A DNA stretch of 64,000 nucleotides, from assembly GCA_052426225.1 (NCBI GenBank), contig JBNJNM010000021.1:2170001-2234000 (forward strand). The letters run 5' to 3'. The stretch comes from Zancudomyces culisetae HAW-14-8. Taxonomy: Eukaryota; Fungi; Kickxellomycota. The translations under genes and the position numbers were made by a program. The stretch's first letter is position 1; the number at the start of each line of letters is the position of its first letter. Under the pieces are notes generated by a model. It was not told the DNA's origin. It did no database searches and saw only the letters and a program-made list of their open reading frames with translations. Shown in pieces: positions 44,639-56,440 of the stretch.

Positions 44639-44963
44639 TTTTTTTTTTGATAAATGAGCCTATTAAATAAATATCTACCTAAACAATTCACCTTCGTCCC
44701 TCTAGGGACTTCATACTCACCAGGCATTAGTTCAAGGAGGTTGTTTCAACTCTGAGTCGATCTAAAATTTGCATCCTCGTTCGACATATTCCGTCCAAGA
44801 ATTGTGCTGTTACCAGCTCAACTAAAGACGGTGCTTCGGTTTCTCTCTTTTTAACGGAGAATGTAATCATTCTTTTTGACTCCATTCCAAGGAGTCGCCC
44901 TACAAAAAAATTCCTTCCAAGCTTCACATCTGCTTTTGTTACTTTTGGAATGTTTTTTATCAA
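44639..44963 (-). mobile_element. 5'-truncated copy of a related LINE (end of ORF2, 3' UTR, poly(A))
   Basis: Collinear with 20724-21030 (AAAGACGGTGCTTCGGTTTCTCTC, GTCCCTCTAGGGACT); T10 at 44639-44648. Confidence 0.85.
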
Positions 44964-45622
44964 GTACGTTTTCCCAGCTTTTGCTCATTGTGTACAATCC
45001 AGAAAAAAATATTCAACTTTTACCTTCTCTTAAAATCTACTAGTAATTGATTAAAAGGGTTTACTATCTTTATTTTACTTTAAACTAACATTTTTTAAAG
45101 ACAAACATATTTGTTGAAATAAATCATATTCTCCAACTTTCCAAATCCCTAGTTTCTACCTCACACATTTTGACAAATACTTATTAGTTTGTGATAATTT
45201 AGATCACTCGCAACTTTAAAACCGTCACACTACGCAAATTTGTACAGAACCATATTTTATCAAAACTTGATCATTTCTAATTAGTTATGATTACATGCCT
45301 CCTTAAGTCTAATATCCTTTTTTATTAACAACTTCAGATCTTTTTTAAATAAAAGTTTCTATATTTCTAGTAAACTATTTGAACATACCTAAACTGCTTC
45401 ACTTTTGTTTTCATTTATTTATTCTCTCTTCAAAAATAACAATTTCAAAATCTCAAGATTATTGCTTTTGCACGTACAGGGTACACAAGGGAGGTTACAG
45501 TAAGTGAAAGCTTGATGGCATCTTTCAAAAATAATTTAACATCTACCAGTTTGGATTTTCCGATAACGGTGTAGGATAGATTTAATAACCATCAATCTCA
45601 AGAAAAAAATCCAAAAGCAACT

Positions 45623-48541
45623 TCAGCGCATTAGCATTAAACGAAATAAAAAATTCATCCGAATATGATCATGCCCTTCAAATTTTGTGCAGTGCTGCAT
45701 TAAGACACTTATTATTTCTTGGTTTTTTGATCGGAATGCTATTTCTACAAGATGGGGCTTGTCGTTAATGGTTACTCCATTCTCCAATAAAAACTTCACT
45801 GCCTCAACATTTCCCATTAGTACAGCATCGTCCATTATTTTAGAATCACCGTTGAGATCAATCTTATAGATTAAAAGTATTTTCAGTATTTTAATATTAT
45901 TAATTATAGCCGCCGCCATTACTGCATCCAACAAATCACTATTCTGGATAGGTTCACTATTTTCAAGTAAGGTTTTAGTAATTTCGTATTCTTCAGATCT
46001 ATCAGTATTTTCACTATCAAGATAAGAAATATCTTGTGATTCCTTTCCTTCCTTTGTATATATGTTATCATTTCTTTCTAATACTCCTAAACCATCATAG
46101 TGATCAAGTATCATTTTTACCGACTCAATATTTTCAGTCATGCATGCATATTCCAATTGGTGATGACGAACACCCTTTATCACAGCATTGTGTTCCAAGA
46201 GATATTTCAGTGTTCTCTTGAGACCCAATCTACATGCAATTCTGACTCCATTCCGTTTTGGATCACTTAAATCAACTCCATTTTCTACCAACAACTTAAT
46301 CATATCAAAGTTACCCAGTATACACGCAACGTTAATACACTCATATTTTGGGTTATTGGGCACCACACCACCATTCTTGATCCAATGTTCCAACACTTCA
46401 ACTTTATCCGATTTACACGCTTCCTCAAACCCATCTGATCCTCCGTTTAGTTTTGCACCTTTACCGATAAAATAATCAATCCAACTAATATCACCTGCTT
46501 TGTACGCTGTCCTTAAGATCAAACTATTCTTCGTATTAATATCAACTCCATACTCTATCAATAGTTTTAAGATTTCAAAGTTTCGATTCACCAGTTCTGA
46601 TTTTGCCAACTCATAATGTCTATCATTCAACATTATGTTTTGCTGTATGTGCTTTACATTGATAGCTCCATCGTATTCGAAATCCTTCAATGTATTCTGC
46701 AGTTTGTTTTGAGCAATATAACAAATAATTTCTAACAATCTACCATTACAAATCGATGTAATGTTCTTGTCATGAGAATGGGCAGCAAGGTTTGCTAAGT
46801 ATATTGAACTCACATTTGGCATATCTGTTCTCCTGGAGTTCATAATCACCATTAACTTCTCGTGTAAATCCAGATGTCCAAAAACATCTTCAACTTCAAC
46901 ATGGCGACCAGAATGATCTTGATTATAATCTTGACCTGCTCCAATCAGAAATAGAATTGTTTTGTTAAATTTCAGATTGATTCCAACATTGCCTTGTGTT
47001 TCTGATTCGTTGAGTTCGATCCTACCTTCATTTAAGACTGCTAATAGACAATCTATCATATCACGACTCTTTATTCTACATAACTCTTGAACCCCTTGTG
47101 TGGTTCTCAGGTCAATGGAAGCACCATGCTCCAGTAAAAATCGTAGCATATCCGTATCTTTATTTTCGCTTGCAATTAGTATTCCCTTAAACGCAGGTGA
47201 TTTTAAATCAGCTCCAGCTTCGATAAGTAGTTTTAAAATTTTGACATCTCTGGTATTCACTGCGTCCTCTAAACAGGAGAAACTCATAGTATTTGGATAT
47301 TTGCTGATAATTTCCTGTATTAGTTCGTGGTTATTTTTTTTTATAGCTATTTTCAGAGCGTTTTCGTCTAAATCTTCCTCCAGCCTATCACTGTTGTTTA
47401 TAAGAAATCTTATAAGATCGACACTACCAAATCTGCACGCCATTTCTGTTATCTTTTTTATATTCTCTGAACTTGTTTGCACTTTGAAAATATATTTTTT
47501 GAGCAAACTCTCTCTTCTGTGAAATACGGCTAAATCAAAAATTATCTGTGCGTGTTTACTACCAGAGTATTTATCTTCGATATATGACACAAACTCTTTC
47601 CTATCCCATTCAATTGAATAATATGCACATATAGTGTAAATCAATAAATTTGTTTTTACCCCATACCCATATGTATAAACAAAGTCTTTAAATGAATCAT
47701 CAATAGCCGAGCCCTTGGCATTCACACTCGAGTTTAGCTCCTGAAAAGGAAGATTTTTGCCTGTTTCTAGATCCAAAATTCTTGTTAAGAAATCAAGATT
47801 GTTCAATTTACAGCTTTCACATGCGGCTATCAATATACAACTTACTAAAAATTTGTCATCAATACATCTAACCTCTCTACCAACAGAACCACATATTTCT
47901 GGAGGAAACTCAAGTTTGGTGTTGCAAATATCTATTAGCATTTCTATATCTCTTTCCCCAGAGATAGTGTACATTGCCCATTTTAACTTCTCTGAGACCT
48001 CACCCATCTTGAATAATGGTCGGATATAAAGAGAATTGGAAGTTTTAATGTCTATTTTCTTTATTTGCGATTCGTTATCCTCTGAAAACAATTTTCCAAT
48101 ATCAATATCTAAGTATTCATCTTTGTCCATGAATAAAGTGCCCTTGTGCACGACCGTAGAATTATTTCTATCAATCACTACATACATCTTGAGTAATTTA
48201 TCTAGCATGTTCTTCCACCTGTATTCAAATGCCATATCTAGACCCGTTTCGTAGTCCAGGTTCTTGATTTTTCTCAATACCAGCATTCCGATGGTTTCGT
48301 TCATACTTATTCTTTTGTATTTATCGAATATGCCTCTCAGGTTCCACTGGGAACTATCTCCTGTATCCGATGAGACATATTGAACAATGTAATCGCTAAC
48401 GGTTTCTACTTTTTGAGAGGCTTTGTACATATTTTTGTTCAAGAGTGATAACTGGGGGTTTTGGGCAAGCACAAATACGGTGGACAGAATACTTGCTGGA
48501 AGTTTGTTGAAAACATTGTGTTGGTTGTTTGTGTTATCCAT
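45623..48541 (-). CDS. Ankyrin-repeat protein with N-terminal F-box-like motif
   Basis: FNKLPASILSTVF...LSLLNK; many degenerate ankyrin units (ILKLLIEAGADL, MIKLLVENGVDL, AVKFLLENGVTI). Confidence 0.85.
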   Translation of the reverse strand: MDNTNNQHNVFNKLPASILSTVFVLAQNPQLSLLNKNMYKASQKVETVSDYIVQYVSSDTGDSSQWNLRGIFDKYKRISMNETIGMLVLRKIKNLDYETGLDMAFEYRWKNMLDKLLKMYVVIDRNNSTVVHKGTLFMDKDEYLDIDIGKLFSEDNESQIKKIDIKTSNSLYIRPLFKMGEVSEKLKWAMYTISGERDIEMLIDICNTKLEFPPEICGSVGREVRCIDDKFLVSCILIAACESCKLNNLDFLTRILDLETGKNLPFQELNSSVNAKGSAIDDSFKDFVYTYGYGVKTNLLIYTICAYYSIEWDRKEFVSYIEDKYSGSKHAQIIFDLAVFHRRESLLKKYIFKVQTSSENIKKITEMACRFGSVDLIRFLINNSDRLEEDLDENALKIAIKKNNHELIQEIISKYPNTMSFSCLEDAVNTRDVKILKLLIEAGADLKSPAFKGILIASENKDTDMLRFLLEHGASIDLRTTQGVQELCRIKSRDMIDCLLAVLNEGRIELNESETQGNVGINLKFNKTILFLIGAGQDYNQDHSGRHVEVEDVFGHLDLHEKLMVIMNSRRTDMPNVSSIYLANLAAHSHDKNITSICNGRLLEIICYIAQNKLQNTLKDFEYDGAINVKHIQQNIMLNDRHYELAKSELVNRNFEILKLLIEYGVDINTKNSLILRTAYKAGDISWIDYFIGKGAKLNGGSDGFEEACKSDKVEVLEHWIKNGGVVPNNPKYECINVACILGNFDMIKLLVENGVDLSDPKRNGVRIACRLGLKRTLKYLLEHNAVIKGVRHHQLEYACMTENIESVKMILDHYDGLGVLERNDNIYTKEGKESQDISYLDSENTDRSEEYEITKTLLENSEPIQNSDLLDAVMAAAIINNIKILKILLIYKIDLNGDSKIMDDAVLMGNVEAVKFLLENGVTINDKPHLVEIAFRSKNQEIISVLMQHCTKFEGHDHIRMNFLFRLMLMR

Positions 48542-50153
48542 TCTGTTATAGGTTGGATGATCGCTACCGCCTTTATAGCTTTGTTTGGCGTTAGAGTATT
48601 AAAGTAAAGAATAAAGATTAATAAACTCGAAAGGCATAATGTGGTTGTTTTATACTATCTTTTTTTGGTTTTTTTGATCAATTTATCGGGTTCTTAGACT
48701 TTGGCTTGAATGGTCGTTTGCTGAGTAATTTGGAAAAATCATCAGGGCATTTCTATATTTTTTTTGCACATGGATTTTTTAAATAAGCTATGAAACCATT
48801 GATAATTCTGATTATTGTGTTTTTTTTAAGATTAAGCATCAAACCAGAAAAGTTGGATTATTTTCAGTCCAATAATTTTGCATTTTAAAGAAAACAAGAT
48901 GAATTTGCTAACAACCAAAAAAAAGCCTCATCAAATAGACAACAAATAAAGTTGTTCCAGTTCCACTATTTTTCACCAAAAACATATACTGAACATCCTA
49001 TCTCTGTCATTTTTGGTGGGATGTTCATTGAATAATTCAGGTTAGAGTTGTATGTCTGGATTGGAATAATTCTTATTTTTTTTTGTGAGTCTATTATAGA
49101 ATTTATTTTACTGGAATCCAAATAAGGTTGAGGATTCCGAAATTTGTTAATCCAAACTTGTAAAAATACAGAAAATAAAATAGTGGGACATATTAACATG
49201 ACATACAAATGGGGAGTGACTGTGAACTTGTAAGGATATGTATTGGTTCTTTTTACCCGATCCTGGAGATATTTGCTTTGTACTGTGCGTTTTTCAGTAT
49301 AAAAAGTTCCGCACTTTGATGGTATTCACGTCTGCTTCATGTATACAAACATATATATAAAGTTTAATTTATTTTTTTGGGGAAGGAAGGGTGGGAGTGG
49401 GAATTGGATGTGTGTTTATTACGATATGATTTTAGCAGTTAATGCGAGAGTTGTAAATTTTGAGGTGTAATTAAATAGCACTAGTAATATTTATTGATCA
49501 ATCTGTAAATAATGACAACAGTTGAAAAGGAATACTCAAATAGTGCCTTTATGTGCTAAAGATGCAAACTACTAGAGTGTATCGTTTCATTTAGACTAGC
49601 TTTTACCTGTAAAAAAGTCGAGATTTGTATTGTATCTTTTTCTCTCTTTTTAATATGTGATCCGAGGTATCCAGGTCGAATCAAGTTAAAAGTGGATTGT
49701 TGTCGTATTTATTTATCAAAGTTTTTACATCCCCAAGATTATATCCTTATCTATTGATACAGCTTTGAAAACTAGAAAAAAAATAAAAGATGTTATAAAC
49801 TTAGATACGAATGGTAAAGTTGCTTTGTTTTTATTTTTTCCAAATGATTAAACAATAACCAGGATCTAGTGAATAAACTTTGAGTAGATATTCTCTTTAT
49901 TCAATCGTTAATGAACCAAAAAATCAAAACAAAAAAACAAACAAACAAAAAAACAAGTAGGCTAGATAAATTGGTGAATCAAAAAGTATTAAAAATATTT
50001 CTTCAAATTACTATTAAAGGGGGGGGGGGGGGGGGGGTGTGTGAGCGAGGGGGGGGGGGCGGGGAGGAAGGTTGCTAGATCCTTGTTCAATTATCCATGA
50101 ATGACTTAAAGTTTGGATCTTGCGTACCTGACATTCCATTTCTTGTGGTAATT

Positions 50154-50444
50154 TCAATGGCACCGGAGCCTAAACTCATATTCCAATCTTTGCAGTTCAA
50201 GGTCAAATTTACGTATTTTAATGTAGAAAATACTAATAGTCGTTACCAAAGGGATAATAAGCGTAACAATACAAACCATTAAGGAAGCGATATTAGAAAA
50301 CTTGTTGGGAGAAAGCATTACCATTAAAGGCAAGGCTAAAGAAAACATACTATACGCATATCCCATAATATCCTCTATGGGTGAAAAGGTGTATCTCCTC
50401 CTTTCACAAGTACCTAGGTTTTTTAAATCATATGTATTCATCAA
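50154..50444 (-). CDS. Small hypothetical two-TM protein
   Basis: 96-aa ORF with two hydrophobic helices and a short charged tail; start uncertain. Confidence 0.4.
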   Translation of the reverse strand: MMNTYDLKNLGTCERRRYTFSPIEDIMGYAYSMFSLALPLMVMLSPNKFSNIASLMVCIVTLIIPLVTTISIFYIKIRKFDLELQRLEYEFRLRCH

Positions 50445-51257
50445 AATAAAATATATATTGCTGTTTTTTAGATTTTATTGCTATTATACAATTATAATAT
50501 ATTCCTATATCTTTTGTATTCTCCAGCTTAGTATACCAAAATTTCAATAATATATATATATATCAATTGAAGTATATTTTTGTCGTCTTTATTTTAGGTA
50601 CAGCATTCAGTCATTCATTTTATACTAGAATGAAGGTTTTACAAAAATAAAAATAAAAAATCACAGTAATAATATAATGGTGATGAGAGTAAAGAGAGAG
50701 AGAGTGTGTGTGTGTGTAGTGAATAGTTTTACTTGGGCTGTTTATTATATTATTACTATTATTGAACAATAGGGTTTTATAAATTTACTCTTCAAACACT
50801 TATGAGATGGATATTATTATTAAGTGTAAATATTAGGTGGTAAGTCTTAGGTATTAATTTTAAATGATACACTCTTCAAAAGTATATTATATATACTTTT
50901 TACAATGATTTCATGTCTTTCTTTTGATCACGTTTTTTTTTTTCCTTTTTTTTTGATGATTATATAAATTATGGTAGGATCAAGAATTTTGGCTAAAACA
51001 GAAAATTTTTTTTTTAAAATATTCGAAAAGTACAATAATTAACATAATTTTAAATGAAAATGAAAAAAAAAATAATAGTCGAAATCGAAAAATACAAGAA
51101 AAAAAAAAAAAAAAAAATTTTTTTTCTTTGTATAATTTAGTTTTATAGTAAAGAGTACAATACAAGAAAACTAGTGAAATAAAAAGTTAATAGAGGATAT
51201 AAATGTACTAGGTAAAAAATAAAGAATAAACAAAAAAAAATAAAGACGACAACGAAA

Positions 51258-52906
51258 ATGAAGGATAATAAAAGAGAAAATACAGAAACCATAAGCAAAA
51301 ATGGAAAAAGAGTAGTAAAATCCACCAAGAACAAGAGCAAGAGTGGAGGAAATGGAAGTGACAATAGCAAAATATTTGAAAAGTACCGGACGATCGGAGT
51401 GATCACCAATGAATTGGGCCACAGTATTGAGTATTTGGGGCAAAAGGGGTATATTACCACGAGTATAGGTAAACGGTACCAAGTATACGACCTGGAAAAG
51501 TTGAGGTTGGTGATGGTAGGACCAGAATATGGAAAAACCGAAGCTGAAAGTGAGCAAGATGAAGAGAATAAAAATGGGGGAATGGGAGTAGGAGGGTGTG
51601 ATATTGATAGTTTTGTTAGTTGGGGAGAACATACAATTGTATCAGTTGGTGGTAGAGTGTATATAAATAAACGAGGCAAGTTAATAGAAGAAGCTGGAAA
51701 TGAAGAGGAAGAGATAGAAGAAGAAGAAGAAGAAGAAGAAGAAGAACAGGAAGAAAAAGAAACCAACTCGAAAAAAACAAAGAGAGGGAAAAAAAGTAAC
51801 AGAAAGGTAGGGGAGTTTGAATATAATAGTCAGGGACGGGGTCGTGTGTTTGAACTAATGGTTTTGGGTGGGGTGTATTTGCTGGGAATAACCGAACTAG
51901 GCAACAGCATAATGGTATGGAACTTGGAGACCCGAGAAAAATACCGAGAGATCCAATTCAGTAAACGCGAGTTTATAGTCAAGAGCATGATGCATCCTAG
52001 CACATATGTGGACAAGATTGTGGTGGGAAGCAATAATGGACAACTCAAGATTATTAATATCCGAAGTGGACAGGCTGTTGGAGATATTAAGAGTATTGGA
52101 GGGGTTAGAGTTGGAAGTAATGTGGTTCAAAGAGGTAGTAGTATTGAATGTATGGAGCAGACTAGTGCGTTGGATATAATTGGTCTGGGAACACTTGATG
52201 GGCAGGTTTTGGTATATGATTTGGCACGAGGTAGAGTTCTCAAACGATTTGCACATAGCGGGGATGAAGATAGTGGTAATGGTAATGGTAATGGTAATGG
52301 AATGATGAATGGGAGTGCGGATGATCGAATCAAATCGATTTCATTTGGAAGTGATGAGTATGGACATATTATGGTAACCAACACAGAGCAACAATTGGCA
52401 ATCTGGGATTTGAATGAGAACAAGGCGATCAAGATTATGCGCAATGAGCGAGTAGATAAAGTCAGTGTATTGAGCAAAGGTAGTGATGGAGGGAAAAGCG
52501 GAGGCATGTTGATTGTGGTAAGCAGTGGGATAGGCAATTTTATAAAGATATACGAGTTTTATGGAAACAACAATGTGCGATTGATCAAAAGTATTGAGGG
52601 ACATTCGAGTTATCCGCGGTTGGTCAAGTTTTATTCGGATACACAACTTATCAGTTATGGACAAAACAGCGGGTTTAGAGTATCGTCGATTATTAGAGAT
52701 GCTACAACATATAGGATTCATTCAGGAAATGGGGATCGTGATACGTATGGGGCAGAGAGTATTGAAGGGTTTGCTATCAATAGTCGACAAGAAAATGAGT
52801 GGGACAATATGGTTGGATACTCCAAACATACAATCAATACGTATTCAGTAGGACCTCATACTCATAAACGACTTGGAACAACAATAAAACTATCAATTAG
52901 CAATGA

Positions 52907-52938
<32 letters not shown>

Positions 52939-54566
52939 GGAGATTTGGACATTTGGGAGATGATGAAGTTACATGTTGTACAATTTCGGGATGTGGTAAT
53001 TTTGGATTTTATGGAACCAAGTATAGTGAACAAGTAGTAATGATAAACTTACAATCAGCACTTAAGCGAAAACAATTTAATATTCCCAAAATGAATAACA
53101 ATAATAAGAATAATACTGGTAAGCAAGCGGTAGTAAATAGTGGGAAAAGTAGTGTGCGAGTGAACAGTATTCAGGTAGATAACTGTAATACCAAGTTGTA
53201 TGTTAGTAGTAATGATGGATACATTCATGTCTTTGATATCAAGACTGCAAGATTACTTGCAAGCACAATGGTTGTGGAAAACAAGACTGTCAGTATTGAT
53301 AGGTTGGTGATTCATGACAATTCCAATTTATTGGTAGGATATTCCAACTCTTCAAATGCTGGATTTCCTCTTTATGTATATACAACAACAACATCAACAT
53401 CAACATCAACAACAGGTAATGGAAGTGAATTGTCATTGGTAAGACATATACCAAACACACATACAAATAAACTAACTGATTTGGCAATCAGTCGCGATGG
53501 CCGTGTAGTTATAACCAGTTCATTAGACAACACTATTCGAACATGGGACATTGTCGGCGGAGGTCACTTACTCGATGTCTTGCGAGTAGAAGATGTGTGT
53601 GTGGCATTGGCCATGTCTGCTGATGATGCATACTTGGCAACTTGTCATGCTGGAAGTTTGGGAATTACTCTTTGGGCCAACCGTACCAATTTTGTTACTG
53701 GTTATTATGCTGCGCCTTTGAACAATATTATTGGTAGTAATGGATTAATGTCATCGTCTTTATCATCACTTTCTTCTGGAAATAATGTTGATACTGATTG
53801 TGGATTGGTGTTGTCTACTGTACATAAATCAAAGTGGAAACAATTGCTTGATTTGGACTTGATCAAGACTCGTAACAAGCCTGTATTGCCTTCAAGTCAA
53901 AATCCAGAAAATAATGAAAATGTTCCTTTTTTCATTCCTATTTCTGCCCAAAATACCACCACCACCACCACTACTACTACCACCACATCCTCTTCTCTAT
54001 TTGATCCCTTTAATACCAACTCTAACTCTAACTCTAACACGAATGATAACAATACTTTTATTACTGAAAAACTTGTTGATGATCAATCTTCTTTATTACC
54101 ACAAAACTTTACCACTACACTTTCATCTCTTTTGAACTCTACAAAAACATCAAATACCGAGTTGATGGATTATTTGAAACCTCTAACAAACTCTCAACTA
54201 GATTTTGAAGTCCGTTGTCTCAACATCTCTGAAGCTAAACACTTCCTCTCCCTGCTAATCAACATGTTATCTCCCTCCAACCAAAATGTTTGTGATTTTG
54301 ATCTCATCAATGTATATATCAATTTGCTTTTGAAAATCCATTTTGATACCATCACCCCCTCCAACCAACCACTTTCTTCTACCAATGATGATGTTGATAT
54401 TGACATTGACATTGACATTGATATTAATGGTAATCGTAATGGTAATGGTAATGGTAATTCGTATATCGACTTTGCTCAATGTCAAAAGGTTTTGGTTGAT
54501 AGGTACCAAAAGTTAGATGGTCTCTATAGACTAGTACTTTCAAGTCTTGATTTTTACCTTTATTAA
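51258..54566 (+). CDS. UTP21: U3 snoRNA-associated protein 21 (WDR36 orthologue), WD40 repeats
   Basis: IFEKYRTIG, MHPSTYVDKI, ISGCGNFG, ITSSLDNTIRTWD, WKQLLDLDLIKTRNKP...PFF (Utp21 C-terminal motif). Confidence 0.9.
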
Positions 54567-54986
54567 CTTTTTTCTTTTTCTTTCTCTTTCTTTTTCTCTT
54601 TTTTATATATTATTCTTCTTTATTTTAACAATATCAACATTATAATAAACATACTATTTACTAATTATTTAGTATGTTTTTTTTATTTATTTATTCTCAA
54701 CTGGGTATTATTTGTATATTCATTTGTATATAAAAAACTAGTGGGGTAAAAATTAAACAATAATAACATAAAAATTAATAAATTAATAAAATAGTAAAAT
54801 TATTGGAATTTTTTTAATTATTCAATATACCCTTCCTCCCTTTTTCAATCCCTTTTTTACACAAAATACACAATTCTTATTCTTTAAATATATATTGTTG
54901 TTAACAACAATAATAAAAATCATTATAGACAAAAGCAAAAGCAAAAGCAAAAGGAAAAGGAAAGTAAAGAATAAAAATAAAAAAGA

Positions 54987-56390
54987 ATGGCAACAAGAAA
55001 CAAAACATTTTTGTTTATCCAATATCGAAATTCATACGGTCATGCTCCCACCCGGTTACATTCCAAGTATAGAGACAATGATGCAGCTTTTTCCAATTAC
55101 ATTAATACACCATTACTACCTGTTACCGATACAAACCAAGATAAAACAAAACAAAAACAAAAACAAAAACAAAAACAAAAACAAAAACAAAAGCAAAAGA
55201 AAAGAGGAATTTTGGATTTTGGTCAAAATAAAATAAACCAAAATACTTTTAGTAATATCAATAGTGATAGTAATAGTAATAATGATAGTGATAGTGACAG
55301 TGATAATTATAATTATAATTATAGTGATGGTAAAACCGGTAATATTAATGATAATAGTGATAGTGGATTTGGAGGAACTGATCATAAAATAACTATTTTA
55401 AAAGACCAAAACCTAAATCAAAACAAAAGCAAAAACAAAAACAAAAATCAATCAAATGAACAAGATATTGAACTTCAAAACCTCCACTCGTTTGAAGCAC
55501 TAAATGCAGCATCCACGGCATTAACCACGCAACTTTCCGAACTCGATCGAAGACTAGACGCACTAGCCTCGCTAATTGGAGAACTGATGCTTCCTTCGTT
55601 TATCCAAGACACTGGTAAACACGAGCAATTTATACGGGTGCAAAATGAAGTCTCCAACAAGCTTTCGATAATCAAACACGGAATCGATGGACTCAAGCGG
55701 AACCATAAGGATAGCGAGTACTTGAATAATATGCACTATGCGTTGGGAAACAAGCTGTTTGCTTGCATTAATAGATTTAGAAAAATGCAAACCAGTTATT
55801 ACAACTTTTTGTCCTCTTCCAATCCATCTTCTTCCTCTTTATTTTCTACATCTTCTACTTTGGGAAACAATACTGCAAGTACAATTCATATAGATAATAA
55901 TACTCTAGATATAACATCAAAAGCAAAAGTAAAAGCAAAAGCAACAGGTATGGAAATGGAAATGGAAATGGGAATGGGAATGGGAATGGGAATGGGAATG
56001 GGAATGAGTCAGAGAAATAGTCTTAATAATAATGATTCTCAACTACTTGTTCAGGAACTAGATACAAATGCAAGTGCAAGTGCAAGTGCAAATATAGCAT
56101 TGATAGAACAACGCAATCGGGATATTACAAAGGTAATGTTTAGTCTACAACAATTGTCGTCAGTACTGCATGATGTCCAGTACATGGTTATTGAGCAAGG
56201 AAGTGTATTGGACCGAATTGACTACAATATCGAGTCAACGTACCAACATGTAGAAGCAGGAGGAGAGCAGCTGGAGAAGGCAAATAGGAGTTTTAAGAGT
56301 AGTAATCAGATTACCAATTCGATAATATTTTGTTTGTTGATTGTATTTATTGTTTTGCTTATAATATTGGTTATAAAATGGATATTTTAG
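54987..56390 (+). CDS. TLG2: Qa-SNARE Tlg2/syntaxin-16
   Basis: N-peptide MATRNKTFLFIQYR; SNARE motif VIEQGSVLDRIDYNIE; C-terminal TM helix. Confidence 0.9.
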   Translation: MATRNKTFLFIQYRNSYGHAPTRLHSKYRDNDAAFSNYINTPLLPVTDTNQDKTKQKQKQKQKQKQKQKQKKRGILDFGQNKINQNTFSNINSDSNSNNDSDSDSDNYNYNYSDGKTGNINDNSDSGFGGTDHKITILKDQNLNQNKSKNKNKNQSNEQDIELQNLHSFEALNAASTALTTQLSELDRRLDALASLIGELMLPSFIQDTGKHEQFIRVQNEVSNKLSIIKHGIDGLKRNHKDSEYLNNMHYALGNKLFACINRFRKMQTSYYNFLSSSNPSSSSLFSTSSTLGNNTASTIHIDNNTLDITSKAKVKAKATGMEMEMEMGMGMGMGMGMGMSQRNSLNNNDSQLLVQELDTNASASASANIALIEQRNRDITKVMFSLQQLSSVLHDVQYMVIEQGSVLDRIDYNIESTYQHVEAGGEQLEKANRSFKSSNQITNSIIFCLLIVFIVLLIILVIKWIF

Positions 56391-56440
56391 TAAACCATAA
56401 AAAAAGATAAAGAGAAATAAAAAAAAGAGAAGAAACTAAA

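Noticed and set aside
48966-49208. 80-aa minus-strand ORF
   Set aside because: Non-ATG start, AT-rich, no motif
50019-50070. Long G homopolymers (also near 40207 and 42812), potential G-quadruplexes
   Set aside because: No shared flanking context or other evidence of function
51143-51766. 207-aa and 153-aa minus-strand hydrophobic ORFs
   Set aside because: Antisense shadows of the purine-rich 5' end of UTP21
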